IMG/VR virus record: IMGVR_UViG_3300037010_001227
Location: 124,001 to 188,000 of that record
Reading direction: 5' to 3' (one strand)
Length of the DNA: 64,000 nucleotides
This document shows, piece by piece, positions 50,047 through 60,947 of the stretch (position 1 is its first letter; every line of letters begins with the position of its first letter). A model generated the notes under the pieces. It worked only from the letters and a program-made list of their open reading frames with translations, searched no databases and was not told where the DNA came from. The translations under genes were made by a program, and so were the position numbers.

Positions 50047-50903
50047 TGCTTAGAACTTTGGATTCAACCCAATGTTTGGGTGTAGTGAACGGAATTATAG
50101 AATACCTGAAAGAAATTGAACGAGCTTCTAATAAACCGTGCTATATGGAACTTATAGATTTTGAAGTAACTACAGAATTTGTAGATTTACTCGAATTTGT
50201 AGGTTTAGCTTATTTTCAAACAAAAGATTCTTGCGTAATAGCATGGAAGGGTAACATTGACAAAGCAATCTCCTGCATCGACGCCGAACGAGAACACAAG
50301 CAACTCCGAAACAACCGAAATCTTTTCGGAGAATGATAAGCTTGTAGTTTGGGAAATTCCTATTGTTCAGATTTTTAATCTGGTTCATTGGCCGGACGGT
50401 TGTAAAACTGTCCCTACATTTGAACAGCTTGAAGATACTCTTAACATCGTTGAAGGATATAAACAAAGCCCAGAAGAATACGATGAGCCTGATAAAAAGG
50501 CTATTGAGGAATGGCTTAAAAAGAACTCTTTAACTAAATTCAAAAAAGCATACATAGAAGCTGTTCAAGAACATGAACGGCTTGAAAATATTAAACATGA
50601 CTGGTTTAGAGATAACAAGTTGTTTCCACAACAGTATATGAGAACTGACAACTAAGGATTTATGACAAACAAAAAGAAACTGGGATTATGTCTTATCCTT
50701 GTCTTAATTTCTACTGGTGGAAAGTATGTAACTGCTGGATATATTATTTACCAGTTAGTTTTACATGGGTTTGCTGAATCTTTTATTAGTTACTACTTGT
50801 TACTAATACTTCTGTTGTTCGCATGTTTTAAACTTCAGAAATCATTAGAGGAATTGGCACTAAGTTATATTACTATCGAACCGGATAGCAATGAAGAAAA
50901 ACA

Positions 50904-51599
50904 GTGATAACTTTACAAGATCTAACAAAAGAGTTTAAAAAAGATTCTTGGATTTGGGAAACCAACGACAAAGACAAAGTTGAAGTAATATTACCATCAG
51001 TAGAAATTATTGATTCTATGGATGGTGTTAGTATTCTTAAGAAATTAGAAAAGATTATTAGAGTAGCATACAAGAGTGAAGATAAAATCACTGATACTTC
51101 TTATGAGAAGATGCTGAATGTTATTCTAGCAAATAATCATCTATCTACTTTAGAACATGAACATATCACTTTCAAGATAGTGACAAATCGTGGTGTAACT
51201 CATGAATTGGTTAGGCATAGACTAGCTAATTATACACAAGAATCTACACGATATGTTAACTACAGTAAGAAAGGTGGCCAGGTAATTTATCCTGCTTGGA
51301 TGGTTGGTAAGTCTGACAAGGATAAGATGTTCTGGTATGCAAGAATGTGTAGTGCTCTTATGGGATACAATCAAGCTATTACTGAATTTGGTTGGAAGCC
51401 ACAGGAGGCACGAGGAATTCTCCCGCATGACGTTAAGACTGAAATCTATTCTACTATGAATTTGCGAGAACTACGGCATGTTGATAGTCTTCGTGGAGAA
51501 GGTGCTAACGCGGCCCATCCAGATATTAGAATAGTTATTTCTGAACTGATGTCACAACTACAATCAAAAATTCCTATTATTTTTGATGAGAAAGTATGA
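50904..51599 (+). CDS. thyX: flavin-dependent thymidylate synthase ThyX
   Basis: HLSTLEH, RGVTHELVRHRLANYTQESTRY, PQEARGILP, MNLRELRH, AHPDIR. Confidence 0.95.
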   Translation: MITLQDLTKEFKKDSWIWETNDKDKVEVILPSVEIIDSMDGVSILKKLEKIIRVAYKSEDKITDTSYEKMLNVILANNHLSTLEHEHITFKIVTNRGVTHELVRHRLANYTQESTRYVNYSKKGGQVIYPAWMVGKSDKDKMFWYARMCSALMGYNQAITEFGWKPQEARGILPHDVKTEIYSTMNLRELRHVDSLRGEGANAAHPDIRIVISELMSQLQSKIPIIFDEKV

Positions 51600-52465
51600 A
51601 CGTCGATGTAGGTGTATTAAACAGATTTGATCCCGCATTTGCTAGTCATTTACGTGATATTTTGTCTAATTCATTAAGTATTGAAGAAGTAAGTAACATT
51701 ATGGCTAAAGGTAGATATTGCTTAGCTGGAGGTGCTATTAGAAGTTATTATGATGACACAAAGTTAAATGATTTAGACATTTATGTGTTAGATGATAACA
51801 CTTGGGATGAAATGAGTAGTCTTGCCCAGGCGTATTCTGCTGAAGAAGACGTAAAAAAATTACGAGCTTCACAACCTGGTATGTATAGTTTTGGCGCAAG
51901 ATTCGGAACTTACAAGTATCCATATAAGCACATTGACCATATTTCTTTTGATGGTCTGAAACCAAGAGTAGAATTTTTACGGATCCGTTATGTTCCAGAC
52001 TACAAGAACAGGTTTAATAATAGAGATCTTCCTAAAGTTGCTGACTTGACTGAAGCTGAATTCATCACAGCTACCTCAACGTCAGAAATCTTAGAAGGTT
52101 TTGATTTTATTTGTTGCACCGCAGCAGTTGAATTTGAAGTTTCTAGTGAAACAAATGATTTGTTTAGTTCTTTAAGAAAAACTCAACAAGCTATTACAGC
52201 AACTAAGAAACTAAGACAACTGGGTATAAAGTTAACAAACTATAAACAACACCCATTGTTTCTGACTTGTATCATCAAGAAAGATTTACGACTGACTCCA
52301 AGTAAAAATATGCAAAAGTGCGGTATAGCATATAAGAGACTTTACAAATATTTTTCTTATGGATACAGAATTCTTCGTGATTATGATTTTAAACAGTTAG
52401 AAATGCAGAGAGCAGAGGCAGTTCTTTCTGGTTTAGACATAACAATTGCTCAATACGATGTGTAG
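51596..52465 (+). CDS. nucleotidyltransferase (CCA/poly(A)-polymerase head-like)
   Basis: LAGGAIRS..NDLDIY, FDF, RLYKY..YGY. Confidence 0.7.
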   Translation: MNVDVGVLNRFDPAFASHLRDILSNSLSIEEVSNIMAKGRYCLAGGAIRSYYDDTKLNDLDIYVLDDNTWDEMSSLAQAYSAEEDVKKLRASQPGMYSFGARFGTYKYPYKHIDHISFDGLKPRVEFLRIRYVPDYKNRFNNRDLPKVADLTEAEFITATSTSEILEGFDFICCTAAVEFEVSSETNDLFSSLRKTQQAITATKKLRQLGIKLTNYKQHPLFLTCIIKKDLRLTPSKNMQKCGIAYKRLYKYFSYGYRILRDYDFKQLEMQRAEAVLSGLDITIAQYDV

Positions 52466-53207
52466 AAAATACATCTTAAATGTAGCATTCATTAATAGCT
52501 TCTTTTCTTCTTATGGCAACTATAATAGTCAATTTAAACAAATTGTTGCTAAACATGTAATAGAAGTGCATAGAGAACAGTTTGAACTTCTAGAAAAAGA
52601 TGTTCCAATGCTTCTACGGCAAGGAAGCAAAATTATTCCAAAACTTTGTAATGCCACAAGTTTCACCACAGAGTTATACACTCAAAACTACTTAAAACTG
52701 GTTTTGGGTGTTTTATATTATTATGTGGAAGCTTCACATTGGTATAAAGATATAGTTTATAAGAGAGAACAAGGTGATGTGGATTCATTAATCTTTTTTG
52801 AACTATTTGATGCGGAAGAGAACTTACTTTACTCTCCCATGGATTTGTTAAATCCCATTACAATAGATTATGAATCTAGAAGTCATTGGTTTTGTCGTCG
52901 CAATAATTATACGGGTGTTACTAGATGTGAGTTTACTGATGATAAAAATCAAAAGTTTGTTCTAGCAAAATCACAAACAGACTTTAGAACAGCAATAGAT
53001 ATGATTGCAACATCTGTTGATATTTATCGTCTTAGAGTAAATCCAAACGCTAACTATCACTATGATGACTTTGACTATCTTAGTTTGCAGTCTATCTATA
53101 GTGAATATACTGAAGATTCCACCTATGTTTTAGGTGAAACAATACCATGTGAGACTGAAAAATCGTTTTTATTCTTGTCACACATTAATAATGAACTACT
53201 TCTTTAA
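52446..53207 (+). CDS. hypothetical protein
   Basis: 253 aa ORF; start uncertain. Confidence 0.7.
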   Translation: MLNTMCRKYILNVAFINSFFSSYGNYNSQFKQIVAKHVIEVHREQFELLEKDVPMLLRQGSKIIPKLCNATSFTTELYTQNYLKLVLGVLYYYVEASHWYKDIVYKREQGDVDSLIFFELFDAEENLLYSPMDLLNPITIDYESRSHWFCRRNNYTGVTRCEFTDDKNQKFVLAKSQTDFRTAIDMIATSVDIYRLRVNPNANYHYDDFDYLSLQSIYSEYTEDSTYVLGETIPCETEKSFLFLSHINNELLL

Positions 53208-53209
53208 AT

Positions 53210-53870
53210 CTTGGTTTTACGTAAGTTATAGTTAGCATTTCTAGTGATATTCAGTTTTCGTGTTTCTAATGAAATTATATGTTTACCTTTGTTTGAATGG
53301 AAATTTTAATTTTAGTTTCATTAGAATGCGGTTGAGGTTTATCTGTTTTATAAGTAGATAATTTAGCTTTAGTTTTAGCAGGCATTGGAACATCCTTACG
53401 ACCCTTTGAGACAGCTTTTCGCTATTCAACAGTAAATTTCTACCTACTTGGGATTGTCGAAGTTTTTCTTTATGCTCTTTTGTTAAAGGTTTCTTTTTCT
53501 TGCCTTTACCAACAAGTGACATTTTGAGTTTTGTTTCCTCTGAATGTTTGCGAGGACTTGGTTTAGTTGTTTCTGACATATCTGCTGGGTTATTACCAAC
53601 AGCTTGTATGTTATAACCATTTACAACAGAGTCAAATTTATTTATTATTACTTGTGCTATATCAGCAAGAAATGATTTTAAAATAGAGAGTACAAAATAA
53701 GATTCACCATGCAAAATTCCAAGATGATGCTTGTAATTTTGGATTGTGATGATTATCAGCTTTAATGCGCTTTACATACATCGTCTATTAAGATTAACAA
53801 TAGAACCAATATAACCTTTATTAGTACTAGTATTAGTAATACAGTAGACACCTGAGGTTTTGTTTATTTA
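53210..53870 (-). pseudogene. decayed GIY-YIG homing endonuclease with NUMOD3 repeats
   Basis: SGVYCITNTSTNKGYIGS, stops, then NGYN and RKHSEETKLKMS. Confidence 0.85.
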
Positions 53871-53914
53871 GGAACCTCACTACGTTTAATTCATCCCATT
53901 GTATGGAGATATTA

Positions 53915-54535
53915 ATGGAAACCTACAACAACTCTAAGAGCAATCGTTCTTGTATTGTAGTCCTGAACCAGGCCAATATCACAGGGTTTCTCAACAATCA
54001 TGAAAACTCAAATGGCAAAATGCGTATCGACTACAGTAAGCTCTTAGAACAGGCTGCAAATGGTCGAAATCTAATTGGTGCTCTTTGTGTTTCTCAATGC
54101 GATTCACAGATTATGGGGCTTAAGCCCCAGGATTACAAAAAGAAGAACCGGAAGTTCCTGTATTCACTACAGGCATTCGGTTGGACACCACTTGAAGTAG
54201 AATACAACAGCCTAACTCAAGATGTTACTCAGGTAACTCAGTCAGTTTATAATGCTGTTTGCGAGATGTTATTGGACTCTGAAGGTAATCCTAAATATGA
54301 TCTCGCAAACCTAGACCTTATATTTATTACAGGTTCTAGTCTTTGGTCTACTGTAATCGCACCTTTTAGTGAAAACGGACTTGCAATTGAAGTTCTGTAT
54401 CCCAGAAAGTCTACGTCTTCTGCACTATACAGTCAGTTTGTATTCCGTGATCTGTATCCTTTCATCGTAGCTTCTAATACAGAAGTTATGTCTCGTCGGC
54501 TTGAAGCACTAGCTAACAAGACAACACGGATTTAA
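53915..54535 (+). CDS. degenerate NYN/LabA (PIN-fold) protein
   Basis: IVVLNQANI, RIDYSKL, IFITGSSLW..GLAIEV, TSSAL follow the NYN layout but lack the acidic catalytic residues. Confidence 0.55.
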   Translation: METYNNSKSNRSCIVVLNQANITGFLNNHENSNGKMRIDYSKLLEQAANGRNLIGALCVSQCDSQIMGLKPQDYKKKNRKFLYSLQAFGWTPLEVEYNSLTQDVTQVTQSVYNAVCEMLLDSEGNPKYDLANLDLIFITGSSLWSTVIAPFSENGLAIEVLYPRKSTSSALYSQFVFRDLYPFIVASNTEVMSRRLEALANKTTRI

Positions 54536-54606
54536 GAATAGAGGAATTAAAACCAAGTATGGACTTGGTTTATTAGTGCCGGAATACCAAAAATAGAGAA
54601 ACTTAC

Positions 54607-56589
54607 TTGACAACAGATATTTCGATTTCACCTGAAAAACTATTACAACTTATTTCTGAAACATTTGTAGGTGATTGTCTTACTGAGCTAACCACTGGAG
54701 AATATTCCTTTTCCAGTGGTTTTTCTATTGACAAGAATATCACTGATGAATCTATTTACCGGGATATTATTGATTTTAACTATAATATCAAATACACTTT
54801 TTTCTACCAGCTAGTAGATAGACTCAGTAAAGCTAGTAATAGTTTTAATACAATTAGGGTTAGAGATAACCTAATAAACACCTTTTTTGATAAACTATCC
54901 AGTATTTATACAGATGCTGCTTCGAATTGTAAGCTGTTCGTAAAAGATAATCAGGTTATTTCTATTATTCTCGGTAGAACATTACCAATGAATGCTGGAT
55001 ATGACTATGAACGTGCCGGCATTCCTGAATGTAGTGAAAACTTTGAAATGTCTGAAGGTCAGATATGTTTTGGTCAAGGACAGTGGAAAGGTTCTAGTGA
55101 TCCTAAAGATGTAATAGTTATATCTAGAGATTACTTTAGAATCAATGCTTTAGAATATTGTAGTGGCAATCTTAATCTCCTTGTGCATCCTGAATATGAG
55201 CCTTTTTTCTTTGATGATCTCAATTCACAGTATGGCCAAAAGCTTGAATCGTATATTTCAGCTTGCCATTATCCAGAAGATAATTATAACTATAACTACT
55301 TACTTTCAAGGATTGATTCACCACGAAGAGCAGATAAAAACTCTTGGTATACGAAACGGTCAAAAGATATACGTGTCTTTACGGATTCCACAAAATTAAA
55401 AGCAGTAAAAGGTTACATCAAACTTCCTATAAAGCATAGTGAAGATTCTATGCAAGCTAAATTTGAAGCAGCTAAAGCTTCAGGAGCAGAGATTCTGTAT
55501 AAAGAAATTTCTTTGCTAGACAAAGAAAAACTTATTAAATATGATAAATATGAGATTATTTGCGAAATTGGTCCAATTTTTATCTCCTGTAAAACTAGTA
55601 AATGTCTTGATATCATTAAGAAAACTGAAAATACAAAAACCTTTCGGTTTGATATTTTAAAAAACTTGGTAGGCCCAGTAGCAGATTGGATTCTTGGAGA
55701 TGAACTAAACTATAAGAATCTTAATAATCAGCCATTTCTGTATGTTATACGAAATCTTAATTCAACATTTGTAAATGATATTACATCAGAAGCTACAGGT
55801 TTACTTGGAGTATCTTGGAGAACTAATCCGACTGATGCTCTTACAGCAGTTCGTAATAAGCTAGTAGAAAGAATTCTGTTAGATGAGAAACAGTTCAAAG
55901 ATACTCTAAGACAGCATGTAAAGACTGTGTTCTCTAATAATTCACGGGCACAGTTCCTTGGTCTTGTTCCTGATTTGGCATACAAAGGATATAGTAGTCA
56001 CCCAGGATGGTATATTAAAGAATGTGTTAATGATTCTTTTGGTAGACGCAATCGACGGTTTTCACCGTATTCGTTCAAAGATACTGTTTTAACTATTGAT
56101 TTTATTGAATTACTTTCTTCACTATATACTTCAACAGATTACAGATATAGAAGTGTTTTAGGTATTACTAAACAAAGTCAGCTCATGGATTACTATCATG
56201 ATAACTTCATTCCTCAGCCAGATATTGAGAATTCAATAAGCAGCATATCTGATGATCGTTGTTCTAGTGGTTTATTTAAACACTATTTCCCTAAAGGAAC
56301 TATTCTTCCTGCAGAATGTATTACTTTATCTACAGAAGCAGTAGAGATTCTAAAAGCAACTGGTTCAATTAGAACTTATAGTGAACTTAATACTTGGTTC
56401 ACATTTGCTAAGAGTTATCTCTCTAACAATACATTCCCATCCTTGCTAGCAAAGATAGATTCAGATCATACTGATATTATCTCTGTTATGCATACACTCT
56501 GTAAGTTTACTTGTTTCTTACAATATACGGAATGGGCACTTACAGTTCTTGAAGAAGAAGAACTTGTATTGCTCCAACAGCAACAATAG
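54607..56589 (+). CDS. large hypothetical protein
   Basis: 660 aa uninterrupted ORF; no motif recognised. Confidence 0.8.
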   Translation: MTTDISISPEKLLQLISETFVGDCLTELTTGEYSFSSGFSIDKNITDESIYRDIIDFNYNIKYTFFYQLVDRLSKASNSFNTIRVRDNLINTFFDKLSSIYTDAASNCKLFVKDNQVISIILGRTLPMNAGYDYERAGIPECSENFEMSEGQICFGQGQWKGSSDPKDVIVISRDYFRINALEYCSGNLNLLVHPEYEPFFFDDLNSQYGQKLESYISACHYPEDNYNYNYLLSRIDSPRRADKNSWYTKRSKDIRVFTDSTKLKAVKGYIKLPIKHSEDSMQAKFEAAKASGAEILYKEISLLDKEKLIKYDKYEIICEIGPIFISCKTSKCLDIIKKTENTKTFRFDILKNLVGPVADWILGDELNYKNLNNQPFLYVIRNLNSTFVNDITSEATGLLGVSWRTNPTDALTAVRNKLVERILLDEKQFKDTLRQHVKTVFSNNSRAQFLGLVPDLAYKGYSSHPGWYIKECVNDSFGRRNRRFSPYSFKDTVLTIDFIELLSSLYTSTDYRYRSVLGITKQSQLMDYYHDNFIPQPDIENSISSISDDRCSSGLFKHYFPKGTILPAECITLSTEAVEILKATGSIRTYSELNTWFTFAKSYLSNNTFPSLLAKIDSDHTDIISVMHTLCKFTCFLQYTEWALTVLEEEELVLLQQQQ

Positions 56590-56597
56590 GAGAATTT

Positions 56598-57239
56598 GTG
56601 ATAGACAAAACATTATTCCATCTAAGATATAAGTTGGCACAGTTTCTTGTGGCTGACATTGTCTTTTCTGGAATAATCAAACAACCTAATTTTTCTGATC
56701 TCTCTTCATTAGAGTTGATCCAGGAGGATAAGGGGTTTTATCTTACCGCACTACGATTAGTAACAAATCTTACTCAGTTTGATACAAAGTCTGAACAGGA
56801 TTCTGAAATGTTCAAACAGAAAATCATTGATGGTAAGACATTGTATTTTAACAAAGGAGTGTTAGAATTAGCAGCTAATAAAAATCTAACCGAAGCATTA
56901 GCAGAAGCAAAGGATGTAGATGAATTGATTAAGGTAGATCTGTTTGATACCTTAGTTTATCAGAAAATCTATAATGCTTACTTCATGGCTTTTGAACAGC
57001 CAGATTACAACTATCAATTTCTTGATGATGAAACTGCACAGTTAGCAAATTCAAGTATTCCAATCAATGCTTTCAGTTTGTTTGATAATAAAACTCTACA
57101 AACTATCGAAGGCTTGTTTGATTTTGAAGATAACAAAGCAGTAAGAAAAGTCATTAAGTTCATGAAAGCTCATGAACATATTAAGACTTATACGCAGTTT
57201 ATTGCTTTAGTTGAACGATTTGCAATTGTTAAGAAATAA
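56598..57239 (+). CDS. hypothetical protein
   Basis: SD AGGAG, GTG start, 213 aa. Confidence 0.75.
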   Translation: MIDKTLFHLRYKLAQFLVADIVFSGIIKQPNFSDLSSLELIQEDKGFYLTALRLVTNLTQFDTKSEQDSEMFKQKIIDGKTLYFNKGVLELAANKNLTEALAEAKDVDELIKVDLFDTLVYQKIYNAYFMAFEQPDYNYQFLDDETAQLANSSIPINAFSLFDNKTLQTIEGLFDFEDNKAVRKVIKFMKAHEHIKTYTQFIALVERFAIVKK

Positions 57240-57299
57240 TGAATAATATTAGTATTATTAGTAATAACTTTTAACGTAATACAATTTCGGAGTATACGA

Positions 57300-58604
57300 A
57301 TGGCTGACGAAAAGATTGCTAAGGTTGATTATTTCACTTCTGCTTGCCGAATGACCTTAGCACAAGTTCATAAGTTCTTCACAGATGTTCTTCTAAAAAT
57401 GGATCCCGCAGATGCTCCTGCTGTTGTCCTTTGGGGCGCACCTGGAATTGCTAAGACTGCCATCATTGAACAGGTTTTTGGAGGTCATGAATTTGGTCTG
57501 GCTACTGTAATTGCTAGTCAGATTGGTCCTCTAGATTCTAACGGACTACCTCACATCGAAAAGCAGAAGATTACCGATGCTTCCGGTAACATTGGTGAGA
57601 CCGATATTACCACTTTTACTCCTACTAACATTTGGGGTCGTGGTAAGAAGAATCTTTTCCTTGACGAACTAAATAACGCACAGCCTTCTACTATGGCTGC
57701 ACTACAGAACCTTCTTTCTTCAAGAATGATGGGTGGTGATAATTTCAACGGAGTTTACATTGTAGCTGCTTGTAATCCTCCTAGCACAAATAGTCTTGCT
57801 AACGATCTGAACCATCCTTCTGTTTCTCGATGCCTTCACATCATTGTAGACTACACTCTTAATGATTTCATAAACTATGCTATGGAATCTGGTAAGATTC
57901 ATCCTGCTATCGTAGCATTCCATAAGAAGACTTCTGGACAGTATCTACAGGCAAAGTGGGAAGTTGTTAAGAATCATGGTTATCAGGTTCCTGAACCTAG
58001 CGCAAATGAGCCTTTCCCCTGTCCTCGAACTTGGACTCTTGCTTCTAATTTCCTTAATGCAATGGCTAAGACTGGAAAGATGGAATATGCTTTCATACAG
58101 CCTATTGTTGAAGGTTGCGTAGGTGTTGCAGCAGCTTCTCAGTTCTCTACTACTTATGCTTATATGAATCGCCTTCCTGATATTGAAGCTGTATTCGATG
58201 GTAAGCTAACTTCCAAGGGAATTGATATGAAGGGTGAAGTAGCAGTAGAATATCTAACTGCATTCTCAGCGATTAATCTTGCTGCAATGAAGATCGATGA
58301 AGCAAAGAGTTCCGGTATAAAGTGCATTATGCCAAAAGCTGATGACGATAAGAAGACTCCTGCTTGGCATCTCCTTGCTGGTCTACATCGTCTAATTCAG
58401 TTCGTTTCCACTGTTTGCTCTCCTGAACTAGGAACTATGGTTATGTCTAACGTAACTGATCGTATTCGCATTCTTCCTTCTTCTTTCCTAACTGCGATTT
58501 ATAGCGATATCGACGTTAAGAACGGTCTAACTCGGGCAAAGACTTTCTCTAAGACCGCTCTGACTAATTCTGAGAATCGTAACGCTATTGCAGGTTCTTT
58601 CTAA
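57300..58604 (+). CDS. MoxR-like AAA+ ATPase
   Basis: WGAPGIAKT, LFLDELN, VAACNP, SRC, FPCPRTW. Confidence 0.85.
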   Translation: MADEKIAKVDYFTSACRMTLAQVHKFFTDVLLKMDPADAPAVVLWGAPGIAKTAIIEQVFGGHEFGLATVIASQIGPLDSNGLPHIEKQKITDASGNIGETDITTFTPTNIWGRGKKNLFLDELNNAQPSTMAALQNLLSSRMMGGDNFNGVYIVAACNPPSTNSLANDLNHPSVSRCLHIIVDYTLNDFINYAMESGKIHPAIVAFHKKTSGQYLQAKWEVVKNHGYQVPEPSANEPFPCPRTWTLASNFLNAMAKTGKMEYAFIQPIVEGCVGVAAASQFSTTYAYMNRLPDIEAVFDGKLTSKGIDMKGEVAVEYLTAFSAINLAAMKIDEAKSSGIKCIMPKADDDKKTPAWHLLAGLHRLIQFVSTVCSPELGTMVMSNVTDRIRILPSSFLTAIYSDIDVKNGLTRAKTFSKTALTNSENRNAIAGSF

Positions 58605-58770
58605 TACAACTTTTGGAGGTTTAATATGTTGTATCTAATTATTGCTCTTAGTGCTATTTATATCACAGATACCTAATCTGCACGTAGAAAAAGAATTGAC
58701 AACCCAAAAAGTATCAACAAAAATTACAAAACTACCGCATCAATTTTTTTTAACGGTATTCTTGAAATAC

Positions 58771-59542
58771 TCAATAAGTTCTAGTTTGTTTCTCTAAAGT
58801 AGCTTTACGTGCAGCAACTCTTTTAGCACTTTGTTCTGGTGATTGTTTAGGTCTTGGAACTTTAGACATATTCTTCTTACGTTTTTCAGATAGAGAAACT
58901 CCAGTTAGTTTATCAAATATCTGTTTACGTAATTCAGCAGAACCAGTTCTACCAGAGTTAGCTGCACTAATTTTAGCTTTAGCTTCTTCAGAGTGACTTC
59001 TACCTAACATAGTTAGATAGTTAGACCTTCTGGTTTACTACCTTTACAACGTTCAGAACGTGTTTTGGCTTCTTCTAATTGTTTAACTTTAGGTCTAATA
59101 CTGGCAGCAACGTCAGCAGTAATTTTAGCTCTTGCTTCACGCATTTTAGCTTTAGTTTCTGCTGATTTTGGTTTGCTGCTGGCAATACGAAGGTTTTCTT
59201 TAGTAGTTTCAGAGCATTGTTTACCATATTGGCCATTTAGTTCACCAACATGGTGAACTACAGCAGTTTTATCTATGTTATATCCTGGAGAATATAAAGA
59301 AAAAGATAATTGTTCTTTTCAATCAATTGCTCTTTTTCACAAAGTAAAATAATTTCAAGTTTAAATGAAGTTTCTCCATGTTTCTTCCAACTACGTTGTA
59401 ATTTTTCGTTAGGTGTTTATTAAAACCGTAACATACTTATATGTTTAGCCCAGTGATTTTCAATATTAATGAAAGAGACAATATAAAGTTTGTTATTATT
59501 TGTATTAATGATTTTATAAATTCCGCACGATTTTGTTTTCAT
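58771..59542 (-). pseudogene. decayed GIY-YIG homing endonuclease with NUMOD3 repeats
   Basis: MKTKSCGIYKIINTNNNKLYI..LQRSWKKHG with stops; GRSHSEEAKAKIS in a downstream frame. Confidence 0.85.
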
Positions 59543-59627
59543 GTGAACCTCATATGTAACTGTGTATGAATGAGAATGTTTAAACAAAATATTTCTATTT
59601 TATGTAAGTCCTTCAATTGGAGTTAAA

Positions 59628-60947
59628 ATGGATTTCACAGAGTATATAAAATTACATTGGGACGACGTAACTATCCCAGTTGTAAATATTTCGAGCCTGA
59701 GGCAATTCCTGATTCGGAAGTGTCCATTTTATACTCAGGTTCTACAGTTAGTTAATGTAGAGTTTATTGATAATGCAAAGATTCCTGCTTGTGGTTATAC
59801 TAATGGCCACAAGATTTATCTCAATCCTAGGATTTATGCAATTTCTGAAATGTATTCCAAGGAGAATAATATGCCTTGGTTTAAAACCCCTGAAATGGGT
59901 TTTGCATTTATTCTAATGCATGAAGCTGGACACCTTGTTTTTGATAGTTTTGGAAGACAGGGTGGAAGAGATGCAAGAATGTGGAACTCTGCAACTGATT
60001 ATCAGATTAATCAGTTCGTAGTTAAACTTCTTAAAGAATCTCAAGTGTTCTCTACTCCACAGTCTTATCAGGAATTTCTTACTGTTATCATGAAGAACTT
60101 CCTATTAGATCCTGCAAAATATGAGAAGATGAATGCTGAAATGACTTATGATGATATATATAAGATCAAAATAGGTTCTGGTAACGGTGATGTTCCTAGT
60201 AATGGCACATTAGCTGGTGACCTGGTTGAGCCAGAAGATGATATGACTGATCAGGAACGTATGGATAGAGAGATTGTTAAATCTGAACTTAAGGACTACG
60301 CTACTAAGAACGCTTCTAAGTTAGCAGGTGTTGGTAGCTGTTTCCGAGAGTTTGAATTCTTACAAGAGCCTCCCAAGGTTAATTTGAAAATGGTTCTGCG
60401 TCAGATTACTGATAAAGAGGTAGCGGACGATTGGGGATGGCATAATCGTGGTTCTCGTATGGATCATTTGCTCGCAGAAGGTTCAAGACTTCCTTCTGTA
60501 GTTCCTTGTAATCCTGACATAGTGAGAAAGGTGTTCTTTGTTCTTGATTCATCTGGTAGTATGTCAGATGAACAGCTAAATGATGCTCTCAACATCGTTA
60601 AAGACTGCTTAGGGAAGTACACTAGACAGCCTATTTATCTTATTATCCACACAAGTGAAATTGTGTTTAGTAAGGATATTAAGAGCCACAACGATGTAAT
60701 TAAGAAGTTTTCTGGTGGAACTGCTTTTAGACCTGTGCTTGAAGAAATCGCACGAGTTCGTAAGAAAGAACATATTGAGCCTAGCGTAGTAATTTGGCTA
60801 ACAGATTACTATGGCGAAATGCGGCCACAAGCAGAAGACCTTCGTAAGGCTGTAAAGAATCCATTTAAGCAGTTTAAATGGATTATCTCTGGCAGTCGAG
60901 AAGTTCCTGATTGCGGAGCCTATTATTACATTGATGATGTTAATTAA
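59628..60947 (+). CDS. HExxH metallopeptidase (DUF2201-like) fused to a VWA domain
   Basis: TNGH.IY.NP, HEAGH, WNSATDYQIN; MIDAS DSSGS, GGTAF, WLTD. Confidence 0.85.
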   Translation: MDFTEYIKLHWDDVTIPVVNISSLRQFLIRKCPFYTQVLQLVNVEFIDNAKIPACGYTNGHKIYLNPRIYAISEMYSKENNMPWFKTPEMGFAFILMHEAGHLVFDSFGRQGGRDARMWNSATDYQINQFVVKLLKESQVFSTPQSYQEFLTVIMKNFLLDPAKYEKMNAEMTYDDIYKIKIGSGNGDVPSNGTLAGDLVEPEDDMTDQERMDREIVKSELKDYATKNASKLAGVGSCFREFEFLQEPPKVNLKMVLRQITDKEVADDWGWHNRGSRMDHLLAEGSRLPSVVPCNPDIVRKVFFVLDSSGSMSDEQLNDALNIVKDCLGKYTRQPIYLIIHTSEIVFSKDIKSHNDVIKKFSGGTAFRPVLEEIARVRKKEHIEPSVVIWLTDYYGEMRPQAEDLRKAVKNPFKQFKWIISGSREVPDCGAYYYIDDVN

